DNA from: Thioalkalivibrio sp.
GTDB taxonomy: Bacteria > Pseudomonadota > Gammaproteobacteria > Ectothiorhodospirales > Ectothiorhodospiraceae
DNA length: 52,848 bases
NCBI GenBank assembly: GCA_041685565.1
Contig: JAWLFM010000003.1
Span: 1-52,848 of the forward strand
Direction of reading: 5' to 3'
Below are positions 32,273 through 42,600 of the stretch, in pieces. The position numbers were made by a program, and so were the translations under genes. Positions within the stretch are counted from its first letter, which is position 1; every line of letters begins with the position of its first letter. The notes under the pieces are model-generated. The model worked only from the letters and a program-made list of their open reading frames with translations. It had not been told where the DNA came from and ran no database searches.

Positions 32273-32994
32273 TTCTGCTGTTCTTCGTGACGGCGGCCGC
32301 GCAGCCGGCGCTGGCCGCCGCCATCCCTGCCTACACCGCGACCTATCAGGCCCATGCCTTCGGCAACACGCTGGTGGCCCAAAGCACCCTGAGTCACGAA
32401 GGCGACAACATCCGTATGGCCATGGACGCCCACGTATCCGGTTTCCTGCGGATTCTCGGCCGCTTCGAGTTCAACCGCGAGGCCATATTCAGGTCGGACG
32501 ATGGCAACCTGCACCTCGTGCAGACCCGAAGCGTCCAGGTCACGCCGCGCCGGGAACGCAAGGTCGAGACGCGTTTCGACTGGAGCACGAATCGGGCACA
32601 CGGGCACATCAACCAGAAGTCCTTCGACCTGGCCGTGCCGCCCGACACACTGGACTTCCTGTCCTCGCTCTACCTGACCATGGCCCATCTTCGCAATGGC
32701 AACCTCGGGCAGACGATCAAGGTGCGCGTGCTTGAGCGTGACCGGCTGCGTGAATACTCGCTGGCATTGGAGGGCGAGCACAGCGTCGACACCGTGCTCG
32801 GCCGGTTGGATGCATTGCGCGTGGTACGCACGGACGACAACAGCGGCGTGGAACTCGCTGGCTGGTTCGTACCTGAATTGAATTACCTGCCCGTGCGCCT
32901 GGACTATGAGGCCGATGGCAACGTCTTCGAGCTTGAACTCACCAAACTGGAGTGGCACCAACCGGTGATCGACCTGGAAGCGGATCGGCCATGA
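32254..32994 (+). CDS. DUF3108 exported protein
   Basis: Signal peptide, beta-rich, LDFLS, W..PELNYLPVR; conserved position after purN. Confidence 0.8.
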   Translation: MRWPRLILLFFVTAAAQPALAAAIPAYTATYQAHAFGNTLVAQSTLSHEGDNIRMAMDAHVSGFLRILGRFEFNREAIFRSDDGNLHLVQTRSVQVTPRRERKVETRFDWSTNRAHGHINQKSFDLAVPPDTLDFLSSLYLTMAHLRNGNLGQTIKVRVLERDRLREYSLALEGEHSVDTVLGRLDALRVVRTDDNSGVELAGWFVPELNYLPVRLDYEADGNVFELELTKLEWHQPVIDLEADRP

Positions 32995-34403
32995 GTGCAC
33001 CCTTCGATCTCGCGGTGATCGGCAGCGGCCCCGGCGGCTACCGGGCCGCCGTGTTCGGAGCCTTGCGCGGCCTGCGCGTGGTCATCATCGAACGGGGCGA
33101 ATGGGGTGGATGCTGCCTGAATCGCGGCTGCGTGCCCAAGAAGGACTGGTACCACAGTGCGCGCATGCTCGCGGCCCAGCAGCACTTCGCCGGCCGCGGC
33201 ATCGACGGCACGCTGTCCGGTGACCTCGGCCGCGCCTGGGAACACCAGCACAGGGTGGTCGGCACGGTGCGGAACAGCTACCGCAGCTACCTGAGGCATC
33301 TGAAGGTCCAGTCCCGGGAAGGACACGCCCGATTTCTCGGCCCCGAATCCATCGAGATCGAGGGCGCGAACGGGCGCGAGACCGTCGAGGCCCGGCACAG
33401 CATCATCGCAACCGGCGCTGCGCCCATCGTCCCCGAACCCTTCGCACTGAAGGAAGGCCGCGTTCTCAGCACCGACATGCTGTTCGATCGTCCTCCGCCT
33501 CCGGGGCGGCGCGTCGCGGTCATCGGCAGCGGCGTCGTCGCAACGGAGTTCGCCTTCATCCTGCAGATGCTGGGCCGGGAGGTCATCTGGCTGACGCGAT
33601 CGCCGCCGCTGGCACGCCTGGGATTCAGTCCGCAGGCACTGTCGACGCTGCAGGAGCAGCTCGCGACCCAGGGCATCGCGGCACGTCGCGTGCAGCGGTA
33701 CGAATCCGTGTTGCACGAAAACGGGCAGGTCACCATCACCGCGGATGGCGAACCCTTCGCGGCGGACTGGGTGCTGCTGGGCACCGGCCGCAGGCCCTTC
33801 ACCGAGGACCTCGGCCTGGAGCGGATCGGAGTCGAAACCGACGCCAGAGGCTTCATCCGACGTGGCCCGACCCTGCAAACCACCGCCCCGAATGTCTACG
33901 CCATTGGCGATGTCGCTGGCGACTGGATGACCGCCAACCATGCCCTGTCGGATGCCACCATCGCGGTCGAGAACATCCTCGGCGGCAATCAGAGAAGACA
34001 GGATGGCCGCTTCGTCCCCATGGTGATCTACAGCGCGGTGGAGATGGCGCGCCTGGGCCTGGACGAGGACACGGCAGAGGACGAGGAACTCGAACCCGCC
34101 GTGGGCTTCGCGGCCTTCGAAACCTCGCCGCGCGCACTCGGACAGGACGAACCGGAGGGATTCGTGCGCCTGATCGGGGACATGGACAGCGGCGCCCTGC
34201 TGGGCGGTGAGATCATCGGCGGCGATGCCGGTGAACTCATCCACCTGCTGTCGCTGGCACCGGATCGCGAGACCGCACTGGCCTGGCTCGCCCGGGGTAC
34301 CTGGAACCACCCTGCGCGCGCCGAGGAGGTCCTCAACGCCACCGAGACCCTGGCCTCGAAGTGGCACCTGCAGGACAGCATCTTCGGAACCGGCGGTCGC
34401 TGA
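32991..34403 (+). CDS. Class I pyridine nucleotide-disulfide oxidoreductase (dihydrolipoamide dehydrogenase-like, atypical)
   Basis: GSGPGG FAD motif, GGCCLNRGCVPKK redox motif, ATG, YAIGD, C-terminal HPARAEE; ATGA overlap with DUF3108. Confidence 0.88.
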   Translation: MSAPFDLAVIGSGPGGYRAAVFGALRGLRVVIIERGEWGGCCLNRGCVPKKDWYHSARMLAAQQHFAGRGIDGTLSGDLGRAWEHQHRVVGTVRNSYRSYLRHLKVQSREGHARFLGPESIEIEGANGRETVEARHSIIATGAAPIVPEPFALKEGRVLSTDMLFDRPPPPGRRVAVIGSGVVATEFAFILQMLGREVIWLTRSPPLARLGFSPQALSTLQEQLATQGIAARRVQRYESVLHENGQVTITADGEPFAADWVLLGTGRRPFTEDLGLERIGVETDARGFIRRGPTLQTTAPNVYAIGDVAGDWMTANHALSDATIAVENILGGNQRRQDGRFVPMVIYSAVEMARLGLDEDTAEDEELEPAVGFAAFETSPRALGQDEPEGFVRLIGDMDSGALLGGEIIGGDAGELIHLLSLAPDRETALAWLARGTWNHPARAEEVLNATETLASKWHLQDSIFGTGGR

Positions 34404-34839
34404 TGCCGGTCGGCGCAGGCCACCCCCACTGAAGTAGCGGGTTCGAACCTCCCAGCGCCCTCATCCTGACCGTCCTCGCTCAAGGCGGGCACGTGCAGGC
34501 ATTGGCGACCTGTTGCAAACCTGACCAGCACAGCGCCAGCCTCCCTGACGAAGCGATGGGATGCTGCACCTTCTTCCACGTGGCCCACCCGCAGCAACTG
34601 CCGCCTTCCGGTACGGGCAATCACCACTGCTGCGGCCGGACTGTGCGCGGCGAGAGGGGGAATTGCCGGGTTGCCGACAGGCCCGCCATGGCAGCCGGCG
34701 CAACGCCGGGCAGAGCCGATACCCTCGTTTTCCTATGGACAAATCGGCGCCGATGAACTATTCGAAAAATGTGGATGGTTACCGGGTCGGATGGGGCCTA
34801 TCCACAAATAAAATAAAAACATATACCTGGAGGAGCACC

Positions 34840-35124
34840 ATGATCGAAAGTCGAGAATTGGATGGCGTGATGTCGGCGCTGCTGCGCCGATTGAGCTCAC
34901 AAAATTTGCCCCGGATCTTTGCGCTCCGGGATCGTCTTGAGCTGGGAGAGCGGGTCAGTGACGAGGACATTCGTTATCTTCGGGAAAGTCTCTTTGACGC
35001 CTTGCTGGCCAAGCCGGCCTTCGACCGTCATCCCGAGCTTGCGGAGGTCGGCGCAAAGGTGGTGACCCTGTACCGGGACATGAGCCGGAAGGCACTGGAC
35101 AACGAGCGTTCGATACCGATATAG
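34840..35124 (+). CDS. Hypothetical helical protein (94 aa)
   Basis: Strong GGAGGAG RBS after AT-rich leader; amphipathic helical sequence (LPRIFALRDRLELGERVSD). Confidence 0.75.
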   Translation: MIESRELDGVMSALLRRLSSQNLPRIFALRDRLELGERVSDEDIRYLRESLFDALLAKPAFDRHPELAEVGAKVVTLYRDMSRKALDNERSIPI

Positions 35125-35470
35125 GTTGGCCATCCGGTACTGGCAGGATCGCGGGCTCAGGATCAAGGCCGGCCTGAGTCCCGCGCCTGCCATGTCCCCT
35201 TCGGGGGTTCCTGATGATCCTCTCCGCGCCACCGCAGATCAGCGCCATCGAGGCTGATCAGCGTCATATTGTGGGGAGCCTGCTGGAGGCCGCGGCCCGG
35301 GATCCGGTGGCGCGCGCTGATCTATCGGCCGTGGCTACGCTCTGGACCTCGCCGGTGGCGCTGGCTTCGTCAGCCGGACCGCGGGCAGCCGGATCCCCGG
35401 GGCGGCGTGGCTTTACGGTCCGGATTCGCACATCCTGGATTCCATCGGACAGGGCGACAGACCGCCCAAC

Positions 35471-36838
35471 TCATTCACCGGCGACGGTCATCGACTCGAT
35501 CAGGATGGAGCCCGTACGGGTATTGCCGCGCACGTCCGTATCATTGCCTACTGCGACGATCCGGCGATACATCTCACGCAGGTTGCCTGCGATGGTGATC
35601 TCCTCGACCGGATGAACGATCTCGCCCTGTTCCACCCAGAAGCCGGCCGCACCACGCGAATAGTCGCCAGTGACCGGGTTGACGCCCTGGCCGATCAACT
35701 CGGTGACCAGGAGCCCCGTGCCCATCTCCGCGAGCAGCTCCCGGAAGCCCTTGTCGCCCGGATGCGGCTGCACCGTCACGTTACGCGCACCGCCGGCATT
35801 GCCGGTGGTGCGCAGCCCGAGCCGGCGCGCAGCGTAGCTGTCGAGGATGTAGCCCTGCAGCACGCCGCCGCTGATCAGCTCCCGTTCCCTCGTGCGCACG
35901 CCCTCGCCGTCGAAGGGCGCGCTGCCCAGGGCACCCGGCAGATGCGGATGCTCCGCTATGCGCATCCAGTCGGGGAAGACCTCCTCGCCGGCGGCATCGA
36001 GCAGAAAGGAACTCTTGCGATATTGTGCGCCGCCCCCGATGGCGCGCGTGAAGCTGCCGATCAGACCGCGCGCCATCTCCGGTGCGAACAGCACGGGGCA
36101 CTGCCGGGTACCGACCTTGCGCGAACCGAGCCGCCGCAAGGTCCGTTCCGCAGTCTCCCGGCCAACGGCCTCGGGATCGTTCAGCTCCGCCGGGTTCCGG
36201 GAAACGGAATAGGCATAGTCGCGCTGCATGCCGGCCGCATCCCGAGCGACCAGCGCACAGGAGAGCGAGTGCCGCGTGCTCCGGTAGCCGCCCATGAATC
36301 CCTGGCTGTCCCCCAGGAAAGACATGGCCCGGCGTGTGCTGACGCTGGCCCCCTCGGAATTTTCGATGCGCGGGTCCAGCGCGAAGCCCGCTGCCTCGAT
36401 CCGACGTGCGAGCTCAATCGCCGTGCCGGAGGTGCAGTCCCACGGATGATCCAGCGCCAGTTCCTGCCAGTCCTGCGCCTGATCCTCGGGGTCAGGGAGA
36501 CCGGCATAGGGATCGGGCTCGGTATGACGGGCAATACGGCACGCGGCCTCGGCGGTCTGCCGCAGGGCCGCGGCACTGAAGTCCGTCGTGGAAGCCGAGC
36601 CCTTGGACTGCCCGAAATGGGCCACCAGAGCCATCTGCTGGTCGCGCTCGTGCTCGAGGGTATCCACCTCACCCTTACGCACGGTGACGCTGAGCCCGAC
36701 ATTGTGACTGACGATCACCTGCGCCGCCGAGGCGCCGCAGACGCGGGCATGGTCGAGGACCATGCGCACTCGCTCCTCCAGCGATGCGGGACTGTGCGAA
36801 AGTGCCTGTACTTCGGTTACCTGATCCATGCGCTTCAT
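35471..36838 (-). CDS. pmbA: Metalloprotease subunit PmbA/TldE
   Basis: MQRDY, YRKSSFL, FDGEGV, GQGVNPVTGDYSRGAAGFW, EITIAGNL; AGGA RBS. Confidence 0.95.
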   Translation of the reverse strand: MKRMDQVTEVQALSHSPASLEERVRMVLDHARVCGASAAQVIVSHNVGLSVTVRKGEVDTLEHERDQQMALVAHFGQSKGSASTTDFSAAALRQTAEAACRIARHTEPDPYAGLPDPEDQAQDWQELALDHPWDCTSGTAIELARRIEAAGFALDPRIENSEGASVSTRRAMSFLGDSQGFMGGYRSTRHSLSCALVARDAAGMQRDYAYSVSRNPAELNDPEAVGRETAERTLRRLGSRKVGTRQCPVLFAPEMARGLIGSFTRAIGGGAQYRKSSFLLDAAGEEVFPDWMRIAEHPHLPGALGSAPFDGEGVRTRERELISGGVLQGYILDSYAARRLGLRTTGNAGGARNVTVQPHPGDKGFRELLAEMGTGLLVTELIGQGVNPVTGDYSRGAAGFWVEQGEIVHPVEEITIAGNLREMYRRIVAVGNDTDVRGNTRTGSILIESMTVAGE

Positions 36839-36936
36839 CGATTCCTGGAAGGGACGGCGGGACTCATGTCCGCAGCTCGGGAGGGCCGGTCTTGACCATG
36901 GCCCGGTGGGCCATGCCCCACCGGTACATGCTCGAC

Positions 36937-37200
36937 TCAGGGACTTGCGCCGTGCTTGTTCACGGCCCCGCGATTCCCCCACTGCTCGAGATCCTCTACG
37001 TGGACACCCACCCAGTAGAGGACCCCCAGGCTGTCCCGGGTGAAGCCGCCCACCAGTTCCTGCCCGGCATCCAGCTGGATGCCGTCGGCGAACCGCTCGG
37101 CCTCCGCCCTGGACCGGAAGACATGCCATTGCACGATGCGGTCGGCACCGTGGCCCTCCGGTAGCGAGTGTTCTTCTTCGAGGATTCCCAGATGTGTCAT
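36937..37200 (-). CDS. Small hypothetical protein (87 aa)
   Basis: AGGAG RBS; protein-like composition; occupies the tldD-pmbA gap. Confidence 0.7.
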   Translation of the reverse strand: MTHLGILEEEHSLPEGHGADRIVQWHVFRSRAEAERFADGIQLDAGQELVGGFTRDSLGVLYWVGVHVEDLEQWGNRGAVNKHGASP

Positions 37201-37280
37201 GTCTGCTCCTGAAAACTGGTGATCACTGCCCGCCGCGACAGCCCGCTGGAGCGACTGCCTTGCTGACCGCGGGATTCCGG

Positions 37281-38726
37281 TCAGACCGCCTGAGTGCCAC
37301 CCACGGTCATTCCATCAATGCGCAATGTCGGTTGACCGACACCCACGGGCACACCCTGGCCTTCCTTGCCACAGGTACCGACCCCGGTGTCCAGTTCCAG
37401 ATCGTTACCGACCATCGACACCCGGGTCAGCACGTCGGGGCCATTGCCGATCAGGGTAGCCCCCTTCACCGGCCGGGTCACCCGCCCGTCTTCGATCAGA
37501 TAGGCCTCCGAGGCCGAAAACACGAATTTGCCGGAGGTGATGTCCACCTGCCCGCCGCCGAAATTGACGGCATACAGCCCGCGATCCACCGAGGCGATGA
37601 TCTCGGCCGGATCATGGCCGCCCGCAAGCATGTAGGTGTTGGTCATGCGCGGCATCGGCAAATGCGCGTAGGACTCACGGCGCCCGTTACCCGTGGATCG
37701 CGCGCCACTCAGGCGGGCGTTCAGCCGGTCCTGCATGTAGCCGCGCAAATAGCCGTCCTCGATCAACACCGTCTGCTGGGTCACCGTGCCCTCGTCGTCG
37801 ACGTTCAGGGAGCCCCGTCGGCCGGGAAGGGTGCCGTCATCGACAATGGTGATCCCCGGAGCAGCAACCCGCTCGCCCACGCGCCCCGCGAAGGCCGAGG
37901 TGCCCTTGCGGTTGAAGTCCCCTTCGAGACCGTGACCGATTGCCTCATGCAGCAGGACGCCGGGCCAACCCGGACCCAGCACCACCTTCATGCTGCCGGC
38001 AGGCGCATCCACCGCCTCGAGATTGACCAGCGCCTGGCGCACTGCCTCGCGGGCGTAGGCACCGGCCCGATCCTCCTCGGTGAAATACAGATAGCCGGAC
38101 CGTCCGCCACCGCCCGACGACCCGGATTCGCGGCGACCACCCTGCTCCACCAGCACCTGTACGTTCATTCGTACCAGGGGCCGGACATCGGTGACCAGTT
38201 CGCCCTCCGCAGTCAGGATCAGCACCACCTCGCGCACCCCGGCCAGCGAGCACATGACCTGGGTCACGCGCGGGTCGGCGGCGCGGGCCTCGGCATCGAC
38301 GTGCTTGAGCAGACCGATCTTGCGGACCTCATCCAATGAACCGAGCGGATCATCGGGCAGGTACAACGCGGACTCGCGGCCGACACCGGGGCGTACCGCC
38401 ACCGAGCCGGTCTGACCGGCGCTGGCGATGCTGCGCGCGGTGCGCCCGGCCTCCAGCATCGCCGGCAACGTGATCTCATCGGAATAGGCGAAGCCGGTCT
38501 GCTCGCCGGAGATCACGCGGATACCCACGCCGCGCTCGATGTTGAAGCTCGCGCTCTTGACCAGTCCGTCCTCCAGTGACCAGCCCTCCTGGCAGATGAA
38601 CTGAAAGTAGCAGTCGCCACCGTCGGTGCCTTGACCAAAGGCGGTACCGAGCACGGAAGCAAGACCGTCTTCGGTGATATTGCCTGGGTCAAGGAGGGTT
38701 TCTCGAACGAAGCTGTCGATCATCAT
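37281..38726 (-). CDS. tldD: Metalloprotease TldD
   Basis: HEAIGH Zn motif, GDFNRKG, PRMTNT, CGKEGQ. Confidence 0.96.
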   Translation of the reverse strand: MMIDSFVRETLLDPGNITEDGLASVLGTAFGQGTDGGDCYFQFICQEGWSLEDGLVKSASFNIERGVGIRVISGEQTGFAYSDEITLPAMLEAGRTARSIASAGQTGSVAVRPGVGRESALYLPDDPLGSLDEVRKIGLLKHVDAEARAADPRVTQVMCSLAGVREVVLILTAEGELVTDVRPLVRMNVQVLVEQGGRRESGSSGGGGRSGYLYFTEEDRAGAYAREAVRQALVNLEAVDAPAGSMKVVLGPGWPGVLLHEAIGHGLEGDFNRKGTSAFAGRVGERVAAPGITIVDDGTLPGRRGSLNVDDEGTVTQQTVLIEDGYLRGYMQDRLNARLSGARSTGNGRRESYAHLPMPRMTNTYMLAGGHDPAEIIASVDRGLYAVNFGGGQVDITSGKFVFSASEAYLIEDGRVTRPVKGATLIGNGPDVLTRVSMVGNDLELDTGVGTCGKEGQGVPVGVGQPTLRIDGMTVGGTQAV

Positions 38727-38775
38727 GAGTCCTGTTGGCTGTTTCGGTGTACGGGTAGGCGGTGGGCCGCCCGCC

Positions 38776-39618
38776 TCAGGTCCCGGTCGTCGATACCTGA
38801 ACCTCACAGGACAGGCGCCGGTGATGCACCGCCGGAAACAGGGTCCGTATCCGGCCGACGCAGTCGCAGCTCAGGTCCGCCACCAAGACCCCGGGGTTAC
38901 GACCCAGCTGCGCCACGACCCGGCCCCAGGGATCGACCAGGGCGCTGTGCCCATAGGTCTCCCGGCCGTTGACATGGAAACCGCCCTGGGCGGCGGCCAG
39001 CATGAAGAGCTGATTCTCGATCGCACGGGCCCTCAGCAGGATGTCCCAGTGTGCCTGCCCGGTCTGCGCGGTGAAGGCTGCGGGCATCGCGACGAATTCC
39101 GCGCCCTGGTCCAGCAATCCCCGAAAGAGCTCCGGGAAGCGAAGATCGTAGCAGACCGCAAGCCCCATCCGCCCGAAAGGCGTATCAAGCGTGACGATAT
39201 GGTCGCCGGGCTCGTAGATGCGTGACTCTGCATAGTGCTCGTCGCCATCCGGTATGCGCACGTCGAACAGGTGAATCTTGTCGTAACGCGCCACCCGCTG
39301 TCCCTGATCGTTGAAGACCAGGCAGGCGGAAATGGCACGATCGCTGCGGCCGCTGCGCAGCGGAACGGTCCCGCCCACCAGCCAAAGACCCAGCCGCCTG
39401 GCCTGCTCCGCGAGAAAGGCCTGCAACGGGCCCGCGCCGGGCTCCTCGGCAATCTTCAGGACGTCTTCATCCTGCATGCCCATCATCGCGAAGTTCTCCG
39501 GCAGCACCGCCAATTGTGCGCCCTTGCCCGCCGCTTCCTTGAGCAGTCGCTTCGCCTCCAGCAGGTTGGATTGGGGCTGGGGTCCGGAGGCCATCTGGAT
39601 GGCTGCAACGTTCGTCAT
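38776..39618 (-). CDS. Carbon-nitrogen hydrolase (Nit1/deaminated glutathione amidase-like)
   Basis: Glu-Lys-Cys triad: [21 protein letters not shown]; RARAIEN. Confidence 0.93.
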   Translation of the reverse strand: MTNVAAIQMASGPQPQSNLLEAKRLLKEAAGKGAQLAVLPENFAMMGMQDEDVLKIAEEPGAGPLQAFLAEQARRLGLWLVGGTVPLRSGRSDRAISACLVFNDQGQRVARYDKIHLFDVRIPDGDEHYAESRIYEPGDHIVTLDTPFGRMGLAVCYDLRFPELFRGLLDQGAEFVAMPAAFTAQTGQAHWDILLRARAIENQLFMLAAAQGGFHVNGRETYGHSALVDPWGRVVAQLGRNPGVLVADLSCDCVGRIRTLFPAVHHRRLSCEVQVSTTGT

Positions 39619-39634
39619 GACATGCACCGTTGGC

Positions 39635-42600
39635 TCATTGCTCTGAGGCTCCCTGTTCAGTCTCCACTCGCGCCCTCACCTCTGGATTGGACCATGGTCC
39701 CGTGACAAAGTATTCAACTCGCGCCGCCTCTTCCATTTGGTCTCCAATTCCCAGAGCACGTTCCACCAACAAGACGATGGCGCCGGTGACAGGCCCCCCG
39801 AGCAGCGCACCAACGATGGGCAGGGTGGACCGCAGCCTCGGCACGACGACGATGGACTGGTCGAAATCCCGGTTCACCAGGCCCGTGCGCCCGCTGACCC
39901 GGACCACCGCGGCCGGGCTGCTGATCCGAAGTTCCGGCAACAGCAGGTTGCCCGCCTCGATCGTCGCCTCGCCGACCATCTGATCGAACGCCAGCCCCTG
40001 AGTATAGACGTCCCGGAAGTCCAGGCGCAGCCGGCGCGGGATCACGTCCAGGCTGACCAACCCCAGCAGACGCCCGGCCCCCGGTTCCACCTCATGCAGA
40101 CGACCGTCCGCGAGATCGATGTCGACCGTCCCCCTCAGCCCGGCGACGTCGGGCGCGAACAGCGGCCCAGCCCAGGCCAACCGGGCTCGGGCGCTGCCGG
40201 ACGCGCCTTGCATCGCCGGAGAGACACCCATCGAGTTCAGCGCACTGCCCCAATCGGTGCCTGTAGCCTCGGCCTGGATCCGCGTCTGTACCACACCGTC
40301 CGGGGACATCTCCCAGTGGCCCTCGCCGCGCAGGGTCACATCCCCTTGTGGTGCGCGCAGCCGCAAATCCCGCAGTTCCAGGCCATCCGTTGCCGGGAGC
40401 AACACCAGTTCGACATCCGCCAGGCGCAGATTGCCCAAGCCGAGGTCGGCAACCCGCAGGTCCACGGCCGGCCAGGCGCGCGGATCCGCGGATCCATCCG
40501 GCGCAAGGGAATGGAGGGGCGCGCCCGTAGTCTCCCCCTGGTTGATGTACAGGTGTGCGAGATCCACCTGCCAGTGGTCTCGCGCCATGACCGGGCGGTC
40601 TCCGGCAATCGGCTCGGACAACAAGGCCTCGCCCCGGATCCATTCCGAATCCAGGAACAGCCGCCGACCATCGGTTCCGGACTCGAACCGCATCCGCCCC
40701 CCCGGGAAGGTCCTGCCAGCCCAGCGCAGGCCATCCATGGCCTCGATATCGGCCCGGAGCAGTTCCAGGCCGGCTGCGGCCTCGATGGGCACCCTGTCCA
40801 TCGCCAAGGCCGTCAAGGCATTCAGCCAGGCGTCCGCGTCGATTGATTCCAGGCGCGCCCGCAGATCGATGCCCTGGTCCGGAAGTGCGGGCAGACCGGG
40901 TGATGGACGACCGAGGCTCAGGGCGACGGCACGGATTTCTCCGGCCTGGTCGGTCCCGCCCGGCGCGACCCGGAGGTCCGCCGCCAGCACCTCATCAAAA
41001 CGCACCTGCGCGATGGCCTCGCCTTCACGCCGCAGTGGCCAGGTGATCTGCAGCGGACGCCGCGTACCCCGGGTCTTGGCCAGGGGTGCCGGCCAATCCA
41101 GCTGCATCCCCTCGAGATTCGATGTCAGCTCCAGCCGCGAATCATCGGCGCCGCCGATCACGATCTCCGCGTCCCAGTGTGCCATCCCCTGTGCCGCCAG
41201 GCGGGCAGCGGCGCGCGCGCCGATCCATGGAGCGAGCCGCTGTCTGCCCTGTGCCTGGATCCGCATGCCGGCGCCGGCGGCCTCGCGCTGCAGGCTCAGC
41301 AGCACCTGCTCGCCATGGACCTGGGCGCGGATGCCCTGGCCGCGGATACCCGTCTGCGGATCAAGGCGGATGTCGCCCCTGATGTCTTCCAGCCTGAGCC
41401 CACCCTCGGACAATACCCAGGCAGCATCCTCGAGCCGAAGCCGGCCCGCGACACGGGTCTGCGCGGGTCCGGGTCCGTGCAAAGGAATCAACAGGTCCAG
41501 CTCCAGTGCGCCACTGCCCTGCGGCTGGACACCCGTCAGGTAGGGACCGTACCTGCGCCCGAGACCGGACTGGCGCAGATAGGTGGACAGGTCCTGAACG
41601 GGACCACGCGCCTGGCCCCGGATCTCCATCTCCTGCTCCCTGAGCAAGTTGCCCATGACCACGGTGACGCCGCTGACTTCCGAATCCAGGATCATCCCGG
41701 ATACCTGCTCCGCCCGGAGGGTGGCATTGTGAACATGCAGCGTTCCCGACAGCCGTTCGGCTGCGGGCCAGCCCGGCTTGTAGTCCAGCAGACCATCCTC
41801 GATCTCCGCCCAGAGGTCGAAGACGCCCTGGTTGTCGGCGAAGGGAAAATCGCCCGGATGGCCGCGGAACACCAGGCCGCCTTCGGTCAGGGTACCGGTG
41901 CGAATGCTGGTAGCCAGCCAGCGGTGCGTCCGCGCGGGGAGCCGGTGTACTGGCAGGTAGCGGGCCACCCGTCGACCGTCGGCACGCAGGAATCGCAAGG
42001 CGAGGTCCAGTTCAGGCACCGCCCCCAATTCCAACCGCCCGCGACCTTCCAGCGCGGCATCCTCGTTCTCCACAAACAGGTGGCGTGCCTCCACGTGCCA
42101 CGCCGCCGGGTCCCGTTGCACCTGCAGCCGCGCCTGCAGCCGATCGAAGAGGAGTTCCTCCGCCAAGAGGGTCGGCATCGCCACACGCAGGCCATCGCTA
42201 TCCAGCAACAGCTCGCCGCGGTCGTCAGCCCACTCCAGGCGCGCATCCAGGCCGCTGAGACCCGGCGTTGCGCCCGCCGCCTGCAGTTCGAGATCACGCA
42301 ACTCCGCATCCGCCGCCTCCAGCCGCCAACCCTCGCCGTGCCGGGCCAGCACCACGTACAGGCGCTCCAGTCGCCCGGTGGGGTCGCTGGGCGCGAGCCG
42401 TACGAGTTCCGGCATGCCGCGAAACCGCAACCCCGCGACGGTGGGCGCATAGTGACCGACGTCGATACCCGTCGCAGCCACCACGAGGCGATCCGCGCCC
42501 TCATCGGCATTCGGCATGCGGTATTCCATGCGGATGTGTCCCGCACCGGGGATCGTTTCCACCCAGTGCGACACGGCCGTCGTTCCGTCGCGCACCCACT

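Noticed and set aside
34434-34460. GGGTTCGAACC resembling a tRNA T-loop (tRNA-Sec or other tRNA)
   Set aside because: T-stem pairs poorly on both strands; no acceptor stem, anticodon arm or CCA.
35125-35470. ORFs 35214-35615 and 35269-35598 in the gap before pmbA
   Set aside because: No RBS or motifs, and they run antisense into pmbA; left unannotated.
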